From positions 1 to 64,000 of the forward strand of contig MCFE01000036.1 of assembly GCA_002104905.1 (NCBI GenBank): DNA of 64,000 bases. The letters run 5' to 3'. Below the pieces are notes generated by a model. That model worked only from the letters and a program-made list of their open reading frames with translations. It made no database searches and was not told the origin of the DNA. This document shows, one piece after another, positions 1-12,842 of this stretch; position 1 is the first letter of the stretch, and every line of letters begins with the position of its first letter. Position numbers and translations under genes: made by a program. This DNA is from Basidiobolus meristosporus CBS 931.73 (Eukaryota; Fungi; Basidiobolomycota).

Positions 1-1050
1 CTTCCAAAGGATAGAGAACATGCCAATCACATGCTGGAATGTCTTAGTGTTTGGTGCCACAACAATGGTATGCAGGTGAATGTTGCAAAATCTGCTTATG
101 TTGGTCCCTCAGCACAATGGAGTCATTGCTTAGATGGAGTGGCACTTCCTGCTCCCAGTTATTACAGCTATCTAGGCCTACCTGTATGTAGCACTGGTGT
201 TGATTGGCAACTTTATGTTGACAAATGTATATCAAAAGCTCTTGCACTACTGAGAACTTTGCAGGCAAAAGGTTCAAGATGGCCCCCCCTTGTTAGACTG
301 CAATTGTTCAAATCCTTCCTAAGATCTTGCTGGGAGTACTCTGCCCCAATGATGCACTTCACTCTCAGCCCTGATATCTTGCACAGAATTGAACTAGTAC
401 AAAGGGAAAGCTTAGGCTAGGTAGTAAGTTCTTCTCTATATAATACTAAAGAGTACCATAGATTGATTCAAAGCTTGACTGGCATTGAATCAGTATCCCA
501 GAGATTTGAGACTTTAAGTATCAAGTTTGGCCAGCACTTTGCAAAGTCTAGCCCTGACAACCCATTGAGGGCTTTGGTAGATGCCATTGTAGGAAGAAGA
601 ATAGACACTACTCCAAACTCTTTAATCAAAAAAGGAGTACATTGCCCAGATGGCTACAAACAATATGTACTAGCCAACAGCAGTGCACCTCCTGGTGGAC
701 AGATTCCCCTTTGGGTTGCAATGCATCAAAGGAGACTTCAGAATATATCACAAGTTACTACATCAAGGGATAGAATTAAGCTTATCAGAAAAGACAGTAG
801 ACACACACATAGTGGTGCTGATGTGTCATTGTACCTGAAGAGCACCTTCTATTCCCTCCAGGCTATAAGATGGAGGATGAATACCATATGTCTGGGCTCC
901 AAGTGCCCAATCTGCAAGCAGCCCTTCTATTATACTCATGCTGAAAGATGCTTTGAATTCAAGGATACTGATGCACTCTTCTAGTTTCATACTCAGAGAG
1001 CTTTGGTCAGAAGATTAATTGCATAATAGCTGCAATTAGACCTGAGCTTC
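1..1050 (+). mobile_element. Degenerate non-LTR (LINE-like) retrotransposon relic 1: reverse transcriptase C-terminal region and downstream domain
   Basis: ORF 31-420 has the late RT motifs 'MQVNVAKS...YSYLGLP...RLQLFKSFLRSCWEY'. It continues after several stops as ORF 463-984, ending in a Cys/His motif (CPICKQPFYYTHAERC). The region is almost devoid of CpG. Confidence 0.75.
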
Positions 1051-1239
1051 TGCCTTGAAATATCTGTACCACTAACACAAATGATTACCGGCTACTATGA
1101 GATCACCTTAGCCCTTTCATGTTCAAACCACTTTGACATAATTTTCACACTCTGAACACTCCCAGCTATCCCTCTTGCTTACACAGGCTTCACATCAGCT
1201 AGCATTGGCTCCTTTAGCATGTATGTTCCATTACAATAC

Positions 1240-2740
1240 TCCTTATCCCAATAAAGCACCAGAACCCGAACCCTAAGCAAAGCACCTGGATCCTAGCTCC
1301 TACAGGCCAATATCTCTGCTGCCCACCTGCAGAAAGGTGTTTGAGCTTCTGCTTTCTTAGGAGCTCTACTCTGACTCCCTCAAGTTTCATCCTGCACAGT
1401 TTGGCTTTGTTCCTGGCCTCTCCTTGGAATATGCAGTCATACTTAGCCAAGATCACTCTCTCCAGTGCAAGTATCCCTCTGTTCTGTTTGATATTACTAA
1501 GGCCTTTGTTTCAGTTGACAGAAATCTGCTTTGGTCCAAGTTGCAATGCTTCTCCAATACCGCTCTCACCCTCCTTGTCAGGTCTCTGTTTCTGGATCCA
1601 CAAGCAAAAATTCTGCACCCAAGTGAGCAATCAGCTGTGTTCTCAGTTCCTAATGGAGTGGTTCAAGGCTCTGTGCTTAGTCATATACTGTTTGCCATCT
1701 TCCTGAATGATTTCCCAAGATTCTCAGCTGACTGCCTGGTTACTCTCTTTGCTGATGACTTCAGAATATCCTCCTCCAATGTGCAACAAGACTCCCAGAC
1801 CATCCACCAGTATCTGCAGAAGAATAATCTCCAGCTTTCCATTGCAAAGACAGTACCTTTGGGCTCTCCCATCAACTTGGAGAACTCCACTCTACCTGCT
1901 CAGGTTTCTGCTACATATCTTGGCTTTCCTTTCCTTCCTACTGACTAGACTCTGGAGCACACCTGAAGAAGAGAATTATCCTGGCAAGACAGGCACTCCA
2001 CAAGCTACTGGCTGTTACTCCTCCTACAACTTCAGCTCCCAGCTGCCTTCTTCTACTCAAGCAGTTTGTCTTCCCTGTCCTGGAATTTGGCTTACCACTT
2101 CTCTCTCTTACTTCTAGAGACTGCACTAAGCTTGACAAGTTTGCAGTATGGTGCATTGCCTCCTTGGTGCCTCATTTGCCTGAATGCCACTACAGACATG
2201 CTATTCTTGGTGCTTTTGGGTTTATGCCCTATTGGATCAGACTTCTCTACCTTAGAACCAGATTATACCTCAGACTTCACAACTGCAACAACCCACTGAT
2301 TAAGGCCTGGAAGAGAACACACCACACAACACCTGGCTCCTGCTGGAGAACTATACTTGGAGATCCTGAAGTCAAGAAGTTTGCTCACTATATTCTGCAG
2401 TCAGAAAAACCCAAGCTGGCCTACCTGAAGTACTTGACAGACCTTTGGCAGCAATATCTGCAGCAGCACACTCCCTTTATGATGAATATCAATCCTTATC
2501 ACATTCCCCTCATTAATGTTGTTCACAAGTCATTCTTACCTCTCTTGCTACCCCCCTTCCCACTGAACAGTATCTTGAGCACTGAAGAACTATCATCACT
2601 TCTTATTAACTTACTTACAAACTCCCCTCAGCTACACACTCTTGTATCAAACTACAACAGTAGTGCTGGCTTCTTTGTTTCAACTGAAATAAAGATTTCA
2701 CCTGTTGATGACTGTCTCCCCCCTAAGAGACTGGACTAAT
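1240..2740 (+). mobile_element. Degenerate non-LTR retrotransposon relic 2 (reverse transcriptase domain)
   Basis: ORF 1424-1948 has RT motifs 'LFDITKAFVSVDRNLLW', 'NGVVQGSVLSHILFAIFLND', 'LFADD' and 'TYLGFPF'. It is broken by stops and frameshifts, continues in 2164-2739, and is CpG-depleted. Confidence 0.85.
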
Positions 2741-3049
2741 TGAAACTTATTGGGGTGTTGATAGGTGCATAAGATAAATGAAAATTTGTACCATCAATCA
2801 GCTGATGTTGTAGTAACCACTAAGTTGCTAGATAGATCTCAGATGACTAATCACCTGGGAAGGCTTGGCAGACAAGCTGATAACAAAATGGCCACATGAG
2901 AATTGATCAGGTGTGAGAACTCAAGATAGATTCTGAGATGAGATGAATTACACCACAACTGGGATTCGTTATGTTTAGTTTAGGGAAAATCAGTTAGGAT
3001 ACTATATATTCTAATGGAGTAAAATGGGCCAAGTTTTAAATGTTGTTGC

Positions 3050-4190
3050 ACAACAAGTAGTAGACATTACAGAGAGTGAAGGCTTGGGGCTCTTGATCTG
3101 TTCTAAGTGTCTTGGAGATATTGGAAGTGATTGGGAGAACAAGTAAATCATATTGTATTCACATAATGATTTATTGGATGTAAAGTAGTATTTATACTTT
3201 TACATGGTCTTGGCATACCAAGCACATATAATAAGCTTAAAAAGGTCTCAAGAGCATGTGTACAAAGTTTGGAGCTCTTTGGGCAACTTTGAAAATTTTC
3301 ATGTTCTGAGTACTTGATATTTTGGTGAAAATATTCCAAGTAAATCCTGACAAGGAATTTGGTCAGTATTCTCTAGGATTTGAAAATAATGATCTAAGTG
3401 ACTAAGTTAGGTGAATATTTAGATGGAATTATGAGCTTTTACAACAGTACTTTAAGGCTTTCTCTCCCACATTTTCAAGAGGGCATTCTTCTCCCATAAC
3501 AATATCCCAAAGGCCTCTTTCCTGTGGCAGCATCTTCATCTTCACTTTCTACACTTGCTAGCTGGATTCATCTAACTTTTCAGCAGAGAGAAAAGTTTCA
3601 GTAATAGCAGTAGTAGACATTACAGAGAGTGACAGCTTGGAGCTCATAACCTGTTGTAAGAGTTTTGGAGATATTGGAAGTGACTGGGAGAGCAAGTAGG
3701 GTATGTGGCTTTCACTTGATAATTCCTTGAATGTGAAAATGGTGTCTATACTTTTATATGGGCTTGGCATAGCAAGCATGTAGAATAGGCTTAGAAAAGT
3801 CCCAAGAACATGTGTGCAAAGCTTGGGGCTGTTTAGACAACTTTGAGAATTCTCATGTTCTGGGTACCTAATATTATGGTGAAAATATCACAAGTAAATC
3901 CCAACAGGGAATTTGGTTAGTATTTTCTAGAATTTGTAGGTAAAGATCTAAGTGACTTTGTTAGGTGAATACTTAGGTGGAATTACAAATTTTTACAACA
4001 CTTTTATCTCTCCAAGTTAATGCATCTTGGGTGTAATTCTGAAATTTATGCTATTTCATGGTCTTGGAAAATCAGGCACACCTTGTTTGCTTAGTATAGT
4101 CCCAAGCAGCATTCTGCAAAGCTTTGGGGCTTATGTACTATGATAGTTGGTGAAAACAAAGTAAATCCCACCAAGGAACTTCATCAGAGA
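3050..4190. repeat. Three degenerate direct repeats (about 3056-3445, 3609-4000, partial 4050-4190)
   Basis: 'gtagtagacattacagagagtga...ttggagatattggaagtga.tgggaga' recurs at ~3057 and ~3609. 'gtaaatcc..ac.aggaa' recurs at ~3339, ~3893 and ~4161. Confidence 0.8.
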
Positions 4191-4704
4191 GTGGTTAAGT
4201 ACATGAGCTAAGACTTAAGTGGCTACAATATGGAACTTCTGGGTGCAAAACACAAAAATCACACCATGGCTATCTTGAAAACAAGCAGTTATTCACCTAC
4301 AAGGACTTGAGTCACAGTAGCTCCCATGCCAAATTTTGCATTAATCAGCTCACCAATTATAGAGTCACAAACATACAAAAACGTGAATGAAAACATCAGC
4401 AGAGTACTGTATGAAAACCATATTAGAAACTTTCCCCGAGGAGAATTAATTTGGCTTATATCTAAGCTACCCCAAGCGCAGATATCCATATCTAGGATAC
4501 ATGTATAATCCAATTAGGCTGTAGTCAGAAATGGCTGGACCATCCTTCCATTTTTGATTAGCATCATTGGCCAATTGGGTGTGATTGAGCATAGCACCAG
4601 TTGTTTGGGATTGCGGACGCCCAGGGGATTGCGGATAGGACAGCACTTGAAATATATAAAATTCAAAGCGAGTAACTGGCATGTATACAAACACATTTTT
4701 CAGT

Positions 4705-6451
4705 ATGTCGTCCGGCGTAAAGGAGACTCCTTTGCCCAAGGCTCAGTTCTTCGTCTTGACTTGTGTGCTCCTGGCTGAGCCAATCACGTTCACAGTTATA
4801 TTTCCGTTCATGTACTATGTAAGACTCCAAGTTGTCGGGGCTACTGCTCCTGCATTGTGCTAACCTTGATTGCTTTTCAGATGGTACTGTGACTACTAGA
4901 CCTTCATTTACACCCCCTCTGTTCTAAGCTTCGTTGGTAGGTGCGTGATTTCGGAATTGCTCGAGAGGAAAAAGATATAGGATACTATGTTGGCTTGTTG
5001 GCAGCAGTATTCTCGGTGTCTCAGATGTTATCTGGTCTATTTTGGGGAGTGCTATCGGATCGCATTGGTCGTCGACCAATCATCCTTTTTGGGATGCTTG
5101 GAAACTTGGTTGGCTGTATTTTACTTGGTCTCAGCAAGTCCTACCCCTTTGCCATTTTTGCTCGTTGTCTAAGCGGGCTCCTCAACGGAAATGCTGGGGT
5201 TGTCAAGACTGTCATTGGAGAGCTGACTGATCGTACCAATCAATGTGAGAGCTTATGCTTATTGTTTGCGACATCAATTAGCGGAAATGTAACTGACATT
5301 TGTTTGCTTCAGCTAAAGGTTTTAGTCTTCTCTCATTGACGTGGGGCGTGGGTGTTATCGGTGAGTATACTATGATGTCCTATTCTTTACCAACTTGGAA
5401 GCGGCTAACACTGTGGCGTCGTTAGTCGGCCCTTCAATTGCAGGCTTACTGTCCAATCCGGCCGAGCAATTTCCATCTTTGTTCGGCTCTGTGGCCTTAT
5501 TCAAGGAGTATCCTTATCTACTTCCTTGTACCGCTGCCGCGTCGATTACAGTTCCTGCCTTTGTAGTAGGTGTTTTCGTGTTGCAGGAGACCTTGAAGCC
5601 TAAGAGAACAATTAATGTTGATCCGTCAGCATCCACCCCAACCGAGAGTTCACCTCTTCTAAGTGATCAAAATAGCTTACATTCAACTATGGTGACTGGT
5701 TCTTCCAGTCCATTCACCTTCCCCGTCATCATGGTCATCTCAAGCTATTGCTTTTTGGCTTTTCAAACTACGCTTTTTGATGAGTTATTCCCCGTTTGGG
5801 CTTCGACACCCGTCCGTCTTGGCGGTCTTTCCTTTACAGTATCTAACATTGGTCTTGCACTCTCTTCAGGAGGCATTACTCTCATTATCGGGCAGCTGGT
5901 TGTATACCCGCTATTCCAACGTTATCTTGGAACCCTAGCTTACTACAGGTGGAGTCTTGTTGCATACGTGGTCACCTTCTTTTCCTTCCAGCTTGGCTCG
6001 GTGGTCGCAAAGAAAGTGGAGTTTGAGGGCTGGAATGATGGCTGGGTGTGGGCCTTTGTTGTGTTCAACTTGACATCCAAAGCATTGTGCGGGGCGGGCG
6101 CTTTCACCAATATATTTATTTTGGTATGTAACTCCCACAATTGAATCCTCAATCTCCAGATAACTAACCACTCACTGCATTTAGCTAAATAACAACGTTC
6201 CCAGCGAGAAGCTGGGTACTGTTAATGGAGTGGCACAATGTGTAGCTGCTTTTACCAGAGCCACCTCGCCCGCTCTTGGTGGATTCTTGTGGAGTTGGTC
6301 GCTCAAGTCAGGGTTATCCTATCCACTGAATCACCAATTCTCGTGGATACTGCTCACGTTGTTCAGCTTTATTTCACTAATTCAAAGCTTTTGGATTACC
6401 GATTCCAAACCAAAGGCAGATGAAGTTGTTACTGTAGAGCAGTCGGCATAG
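4705..6451 (+). CDS. Major facilitator superfamily transporter (ZIFL/DHA1-like), multi-exon, including a 3-nt micro-exon at 4881-4883
   Basis: Begins MSSGVKETPLPKAQ. Carries MFS motif A 'GVLSDRIGRRP', 'RCLSGLLNGNAGVVKTVIGELTD' and multiple TM segments. GT-AG introns include 4819-4880 and 4884-4940. Stop TAG at 6449-6451. Confidence 0.92.
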
Positions 6452-7167
6452 AAACCGAACAAGTCAATCTGCCAAAATGTACTTTGAATGTTATAACTTT
6501 CGGAATTGACATAAACAGCTGGGTTCTCAATGCTTGTTGTCTATCCTCAGATGACCAATGTATGGAAGGGAATTCTTACAGGTTATGAAGGGTCTGGGCA
6601 TCAATGAAATACTAGGTTAGTTTCACCCAGTTGCTACTGTGCACTGGAATGTCCATGTGTAGCATATTAACGGAGTCATATTTGTGTATTTCGTATTAGC
6701 CATTATATCGAACATCCTTATTGCTGGAGAATCTGGACCAGGCCCCAATTAGTTAAATCATCATTAGGGCTCTTTGTATCTAGATCCATTCCAGGAAAAA
6801 GCAATATCCATTATTTCGGGACGATATTGCTTCCGCAGTGGAATGTTTTAAAATGGAAAATCCGATCCCGAAACAGCATATCGACTAGCATTGAACTTGC
6901 CAAAATAGATACACCCCATTAGATGCTACATACTGGGTTGATGATATGGAATGCTGCCTTGAGTGTCATTTATGAGGTTAGAATGAAAGGATGTGTAACT
7001 AAGAGAATCGCAGCGGGGCAACTAATGATGTGCTTCACATGGTTCGACACCTTTTTTCCGCATCACGATGTAACCAGAAGGGTACTGTGGCTCACAAATA
7101 CTGGGTAAGACAAAATAGATGCTTATGGCGCAAATACACACTACTTGGTGACTAATTTGAACGGGTT

Positions 7168-9015
7168 TTGTTGAAAGCCGGCACTCACTACGGCCTTATC
7201 GGGCGGAATGGTATTGGGAAATCAACCTTACTCAAAAGCCTGGGCTGCGGTAAGCTTATTGGATTCCCCAAGAACATTACCGCATTGTACATAGAGCAGT
7301 TGCAGGAATCAGAGTGCCAAGCCTTTAACAGAACCGTGTTCGAAACTGTTTTGAGTGTTAACGTTCAACGTTGCAAGTTGATGGATAATATATCTGAGCT
7401 AGAGGGTGCACTTGAAGTCAATACACCGGCTGCATTGAACAGGGCAGCCTACTATGTCATGGCGCAAAAAGCAAATGAGCAAGCCGAATTGGACAATTAG
7501 GACGCTACCAAGCGCAGTGGCAAGCGAGGCTTGGAGGCCCGAACCAAAGCACGTCAATCTGAAGCGAACGCAGCAGCGAACAGTTAGCAAATGCTGAAGA
7601 TTTACCAAAAATAGAAACCTCGGCCATTTACGAGATGCTTTCTGAATTCTACGACAAGCTATCCCTGCTAGAGGATGACGATGAGGATGAAATGATCCGA
7701 GACATTTTGAAAGGACTTGGATTCAGCCAGAAACAACAGGATGCACCTGTTGCGGAGTTGAGCGGTGGTTGGCGTATGCGAGTGGCTTTAGCACAGGCAC
7801 TGTACATGAAACCCGACATTCTATTGCTGGACGAGCCCACAAACCATCTGGATTTGCCGGCCATTGTCTCGCTTAGAACTTACCTGTCATCAATCACCGA
7901 CCAAACTCTTGTAATTATATCTCATGATAGACATTTTTTGAATTCAGTGGTGGATGAGATTATCTGTTTCAAAAACAAGACTCTGTCGTACCACCCTGGC
8001 AACTATGATGACTACAAAATAACACTGAAGACGTAGCCAAGAAGAAACAGAATCTGCATGACAACATTGAGAGAAAAAGATGCACATCCAGAAGTCGATC
8101 GAGAAAGCCGTTCAGCATGCGAAATCTAGTGGCGACGATAAACGATTGGGATTAGTTGCGTCGCGAAAGAAGAAATTGGAGCGAATGGGGATGGACAAAA
8201 CAGAGGATGGTAAGCGCTTCAAGGTGTCCTACCGAGAAGGTTGGTATGAAACGGCCAGGGTTTAGGTTGTGTTGAGATAGCTGAGCCGTCTGTAACCTTC
8301 ACTTTCCCTCGGCCCGATCCTCTTCGAAGCAATGCACCAATGCTGCAGCTACGTAACATATTCTTCAGATACCCGGGTGCTAAAGCTGATGTAGTGACAT
8401 CTATCTCCATAAGTATTGAGCCTGGGTCACGAATCGGTCTTGTTGGGGCAAATGGAAGTGGCAAATCCACATTAGTGGATCTAACCAATGGTACCTTACG
8501 CCCAACCAAGGGAACCATTGAAAGGAATCCAAGTTTACGTGTTGGATACTTCTCACAACATTAGCAACGAATCAGCTGCTACATTTATCAAGAAGAAAGT
8601 GGATGAATGCAGCACCATTCCACTAAGGGATACTCAAGAAATCAGGAGGTATCTTGGGAATTTCGGATTATCGGGCAATGTTCCTTTGCAGCCTCTCAAT
8701 ACCTTGTCTGGGGGACAGAAATCCCGGGTCGTCCTAGCAACAACGATGTTAACAAATCCTCACCTACTTCTGTTGGATGAAATCACCAATCACTTGGATC
8801 TAGAATTCATCGAGGGGTTGAGAAAGGCTATTGCAACATTTGAAGGTGCAGTTGTTTTGGTATCTCACGATCAGTGCTTCGTGCAAGAGACCGGTGGCAT
8901 GAATGAGGATGCAGAGACGGAGGATTGTGAAGCATTCGACTCTCGCATATATATTGTCCGAAATCACGAGGCTCGCCCAATCGAAGATGTTCAAGAATAC
9001 GTTGATTCCTTGTAA
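7168..9015 (+). pseudogene. ABC-F family (twin ATPase, no TM domain) pseudogene
   Basis: Two Walker A motifs (GRNGIGKS, GANGSGKS), signatures LSGGWRMR and LSGGQKSR, and Walker B LLLDEPTNHLD and LLLDEITNHLD. In-frame stops (7498, 8034, 8562) and frameshifts (~7560, ~8070) are not explained by introns. Confidence 0.8.
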
Positions 9016-10391
9016 TGCGAGCCAAGAAAGGATTCTTACCTTGAATTAAAACCCACTCTTATTCTCAATCTTTTCCGAGTGTACATATATATGTATATGA
9101 TTGTTAGTTATGGTTCGGTTTAAAATAGCATATTTTTAGTGTATCGGTGTCTAATCTCCCATACCAGCCCAGCATGCATAGATCGAATATTCAACAAACT
9201 TTTGACACTTCGAAAGATATAATTGCTCTGTTATGTCTTTTCAGGGTCGTCCGTGTCGAGGGCCCCAATTTAATAACCGAAATTATCATATTAAGGTATC
9301 TAACGGAACCTTTAGCATTCTCGGAGAAGTAGCAGGCGAACCATTTCCTATAGCCCAACTGAGCTTTCATTAGTGATATTTTACCTTCACGGGCATCTTG
9401 TTTCGAAATATAGTTCGTGAAATGTATGCCGAGTGTATGTTCGCGCTATTATGGAACCAAACAAGTTGATCGGAGCAATCATAGAGTAGTTGGTAATACG
9501 TTGCAAGGTTGCTTATATTTGCATTCGGTGTCATTTTCTAGATACATAGTACAAACTGGTTGACCTTTGCTACACTTTGGTTTCTGTCAGCAGAATTCTT
9601 AACAAGATAACATAGAGCGTGTGGCCATTTCCAAGGTCTCAGCAATACTCGCTGTATCACCCCGAACCCTAGTCTACTGGCACAACGAGCCAGAATCAGC
9701 TACTACAAGCCAGATTTGATTATTTACGGAGTTACTCAGATTCTCACTTCTCCGGCATAGCTAACTAGGAATTAGCTCAACATTGCTCAATTTCTCCCAC
9801 CTCAGACCTAGGAATTGTACACATTGCCTTAGCTTCTAGATAAAGATTACAACAACTTCTTGCTATTCTCCCCAGCTATCTGTGGATAATAAGCAATTCG
9901 TCCCTCAATATCGACAGGAAATCAGCGCTACTCATTACTGTAGTATTATTGATAACTCCTTGTTGGTTAAAGCAAGCAGCCGAAGCAGATGTTATATTCC
10001 AACAATGAGTATCGGGATGTACGTTCGCCTTGGGGTTAGTGAATCCAGATGTGTCCGTAGCAAATTATGAATTAGGGATAGTTACATGGAGACATATATT
10101 GAGAGGAGTCTAGATGGGTCAGACTCAACCAATACCTTAAATAATATTTGGTCAATCTAGGCTCTACGCCATTACCATAGGGAGGAGCATTTACCTATAT
10201 CCCCAACTACCTGGTTCGATTTAACTGTATTCTGTTTGTAAGCTTGATTTTTCGGCATTTCCCTATAGCGCCTTGTCAATCTCTGTATGCTTGGATGAAA
10301 ACCGCAGCAGTCGTCACCAATCACAGCCCCGCCATAATCCGCAGCCACCAAGCCTTTTTAAAGGCTCTGTCGAACAATCAACCAGTGCAAG

Positions 10392-11768
10392 ATGCAATCT
10401 AATACTGCAATCATTACACTTGCTAGCATTGCCGCGGGGGCTGTATTATACTCAGCCCTTCTTCCGCAAATTTCCAGGCGTTACCTCAAAGCAAAATGTC
10501 AATTCATTGCCCACACCACTGAGTTTTTTAACAAATGGTTTCGCTTCGGGCATCTCCCTTACCCTGGGGATGACTCCATGTCCCCGCAATGGATTACTCG
10601 TGCACTTAGGGACAGTGGAATATTAAATTCGAAGAACGAAGTGGAGTCGGTTGTTGTCGAAGATCTTGTGGGTAATAGAGGGCTTGGTGGCTCACTTAGT
10701 CGACTTCGACTGACATATGCCAATAACGAAGCGGGTACTTCGCCTCTTCCCCAAACTCTTATCTTGAAGATGTCTATTGCTGGAGTCGACAGTCGCAGCT
10801 GTGCTATATCAGCTGGCCACTTCCGAGAAGCAGTGGTGTACAAAAAGCTGGGTACCCATTACGCCAAATATTTACCAAAAGTTTACTTCACATACGACTC
10901 TTCCTTAACTGGGACGTTCATTATTTTGATGGAAGATCTAATGGAAGGTAAAGAAGCAATAGGGGTGAATCACCTATTTGGCAACCAAATCTGGGGAGCA
11001 AACAACACACTATCGAACCCACCTGACCAGGTGGAAGTACTGCAGAAGATGTTTGGATTTGCGGCTGAGCTTCATGCTAAATATTGGAATGATCGATCAC
11101 TATTGAATCAAGATTGGGTCAAAGGAGCAGGCTGGTACCAAGGCAGAGATCGAGCAAGATGGGAACTTGCTATTGATCGAGCCCGAACTTCATGGGAGCT
11201 GTGTAAGCAGCGCATAGCCTCAGGGGAATCTGAACTCCAGCTGGCCCCCAAGTTCATCAAGATATTGGATAAGTCGTTTGCATCCGCTTCTTGGGATAAT
11301 CTACAGAAGCACTTGCGGGATCAGAAGGTTCCCTTCACACTCACTCATGGAGATTATCATGCAGCAAATATGATATGGGTGCATTCCGACTCTGAACAGC
11401 AGCTACGTGTGCACGACTGGTCAGAGGTCGGTGTATGGGAACCCACTGCGGATCTGGGACAAACAATCATCTCAGATGTAAAACCAGAGATATGGCGCGA
11501 TAGTCAAATGGACATCAAGCTGTTGCGAGAGTACTGGGAAAAACTCGTCAGCCTGGGAGTGTCTGCAGAGGAGTATCCGTTTGATTTGTGCCTGGAGAGA
11601 TATGAACGGGCAGCTGTCGAGAGATGGATCTGGTTGTTTGGCTTAATGTCAGTATTTGAGCTGCCAGTGGCGGCAATTCAGTACTTCCACGACCAAATCC
11701 TAACATTTATCGAGGCACATGGTGATCATGAAGTTTATATCTTAAAACCAGTGGTGTGCTTCATTTGA
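10392..11768 (+). CDS. EcKL/APH/choline-kinase-like small-molecule phosphotransferase, copy 1 (458 aa, intronless, N-terminal hydrophobic anchor)
   Basis: Brenner-type motif 'LTHGDYHAAN' and metal-binding 'HDWSE'. Lys in 'LILKMS'. Hydrophobic N-terminus 'AIITLASIAAGAVLYSALL'. Confidence 0.85.
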   Translation: MQSNTAIITLASIAAGAVLYSALLPQISRRYLKAKCQFIAHTTEFFNKWFRFGHLPYPGDDSMSPQWITRALRDSGILNSKNEVESVVVEDLVGNRGLGGSLSRLRLTYANNEAGTSPLPQTLILKMSIAGVDSRSCAISAGHFREAVVYKKLGTHYAKYLPKVYFTYDSSLTGTFIILMEDLMEGKEAIGVNHLFGNQIWGANNTLSNPPDQVEVLQKMFGFAAELHAKYWNDRSLLNQDWVKGAGWYQGRDRARWELAIDRARTSWELCKQRIASGESELQLAPKFIKILDKSFASASWDNLQKHLRDQKVPFTLTHGDYHAANMIWVHSDSEQQLRVHDWSEVGVWEPTADLGQTIISDVKPEIWRDSQMDIKLLREYWEKLVSLGVSAEEYPFDLCLERYERAAVERWIWLFGLMSVFELPVAAIQYFHDQILTFIEAHGDHEVYILKPVVCFI

Positions 11769-12842
11769 TAGCTGCAATAAATCCAAACATATGCATCAGG
11801 AAATACAAAGCTGGAGATTCCCAATTCAATACATATACATCCATTACAATACAACTCCGATGAAGAATTCTGGAAGCTCAGGTCGAATGTCTGGAGAGAC
11901 TGCAGGTCCATTCAACCAGATTGACATTCACTTTTGCGAGGTTCTCCGGGATGGCATGCCATTCACCACCCGGCCGACTACATAACTCATGATTTCTCTT
12001 TAGATGAGTTTGTTACACTTTCGTGGGCACTCATTGAAGCAAGTCTCACCCTCTTTTATACTTGATTTCACATTGCATGTTTGCTTGATACGTGGAGAGA
12101 ATGCTACTCTGTGGTCGAGAAACATGTTCCAGGCAGCTTAGTGGAGATTTTTAGAATACCACCCGACTATTAGCAGAACTGGAACTTGGATTAAACAACA
12201 TTAAAAAACCAGGCCTAATGGACGTATTAGAGCGTGGCTCATCATGTCATATCACTCCCTAACATCCTCTTAAGTTTTGAGCGATACAAAATTTATGGTT
12301 GTAAGTGGTAAGAAACAGGAAGAGAGTAGGAACATCAGTGTGCTCCTGTCAGAAATTCTTGATGGACCACCATAGGAATACCATATGAAAACTGACACCT
12401 AACTAGGATTTCCTAAAAAGCTATAACTTCAGCTGCGTGGAATACCATAACAAGACCATGTTGAAACGGCATAAATATCCTCAAAAAATTCCGAAAAATC
12501 CAAGTTGGAAGTCTCTATTGAAGTGGTCTATCTTCTGCTGTTAAGGAACCCGTATTTCTGGCTCTAGCCCTGCTTACCCTCCATCAAACTGGATTTCTGT
12601 ACAACCTCGGTGAGAATCTCACTCAAAGAGTGGACCTTTGTGAAATGAGTATGGTCGACTCAGTTTTGCGTCTCTGTGAGTCACTTAGTAACATAGGTGT
12701 ATGTGCAATACAAGCAGTTACATACGTACCTTGCAATGATAGAAATGAACAGGACTGAAGTTTGTAGCACAAATAGCTCACTGCCCTATAAATATGATTA
12801 GGCTTACTACAGTGACAGCAAGTCAGATCTAATTTACTCAAC

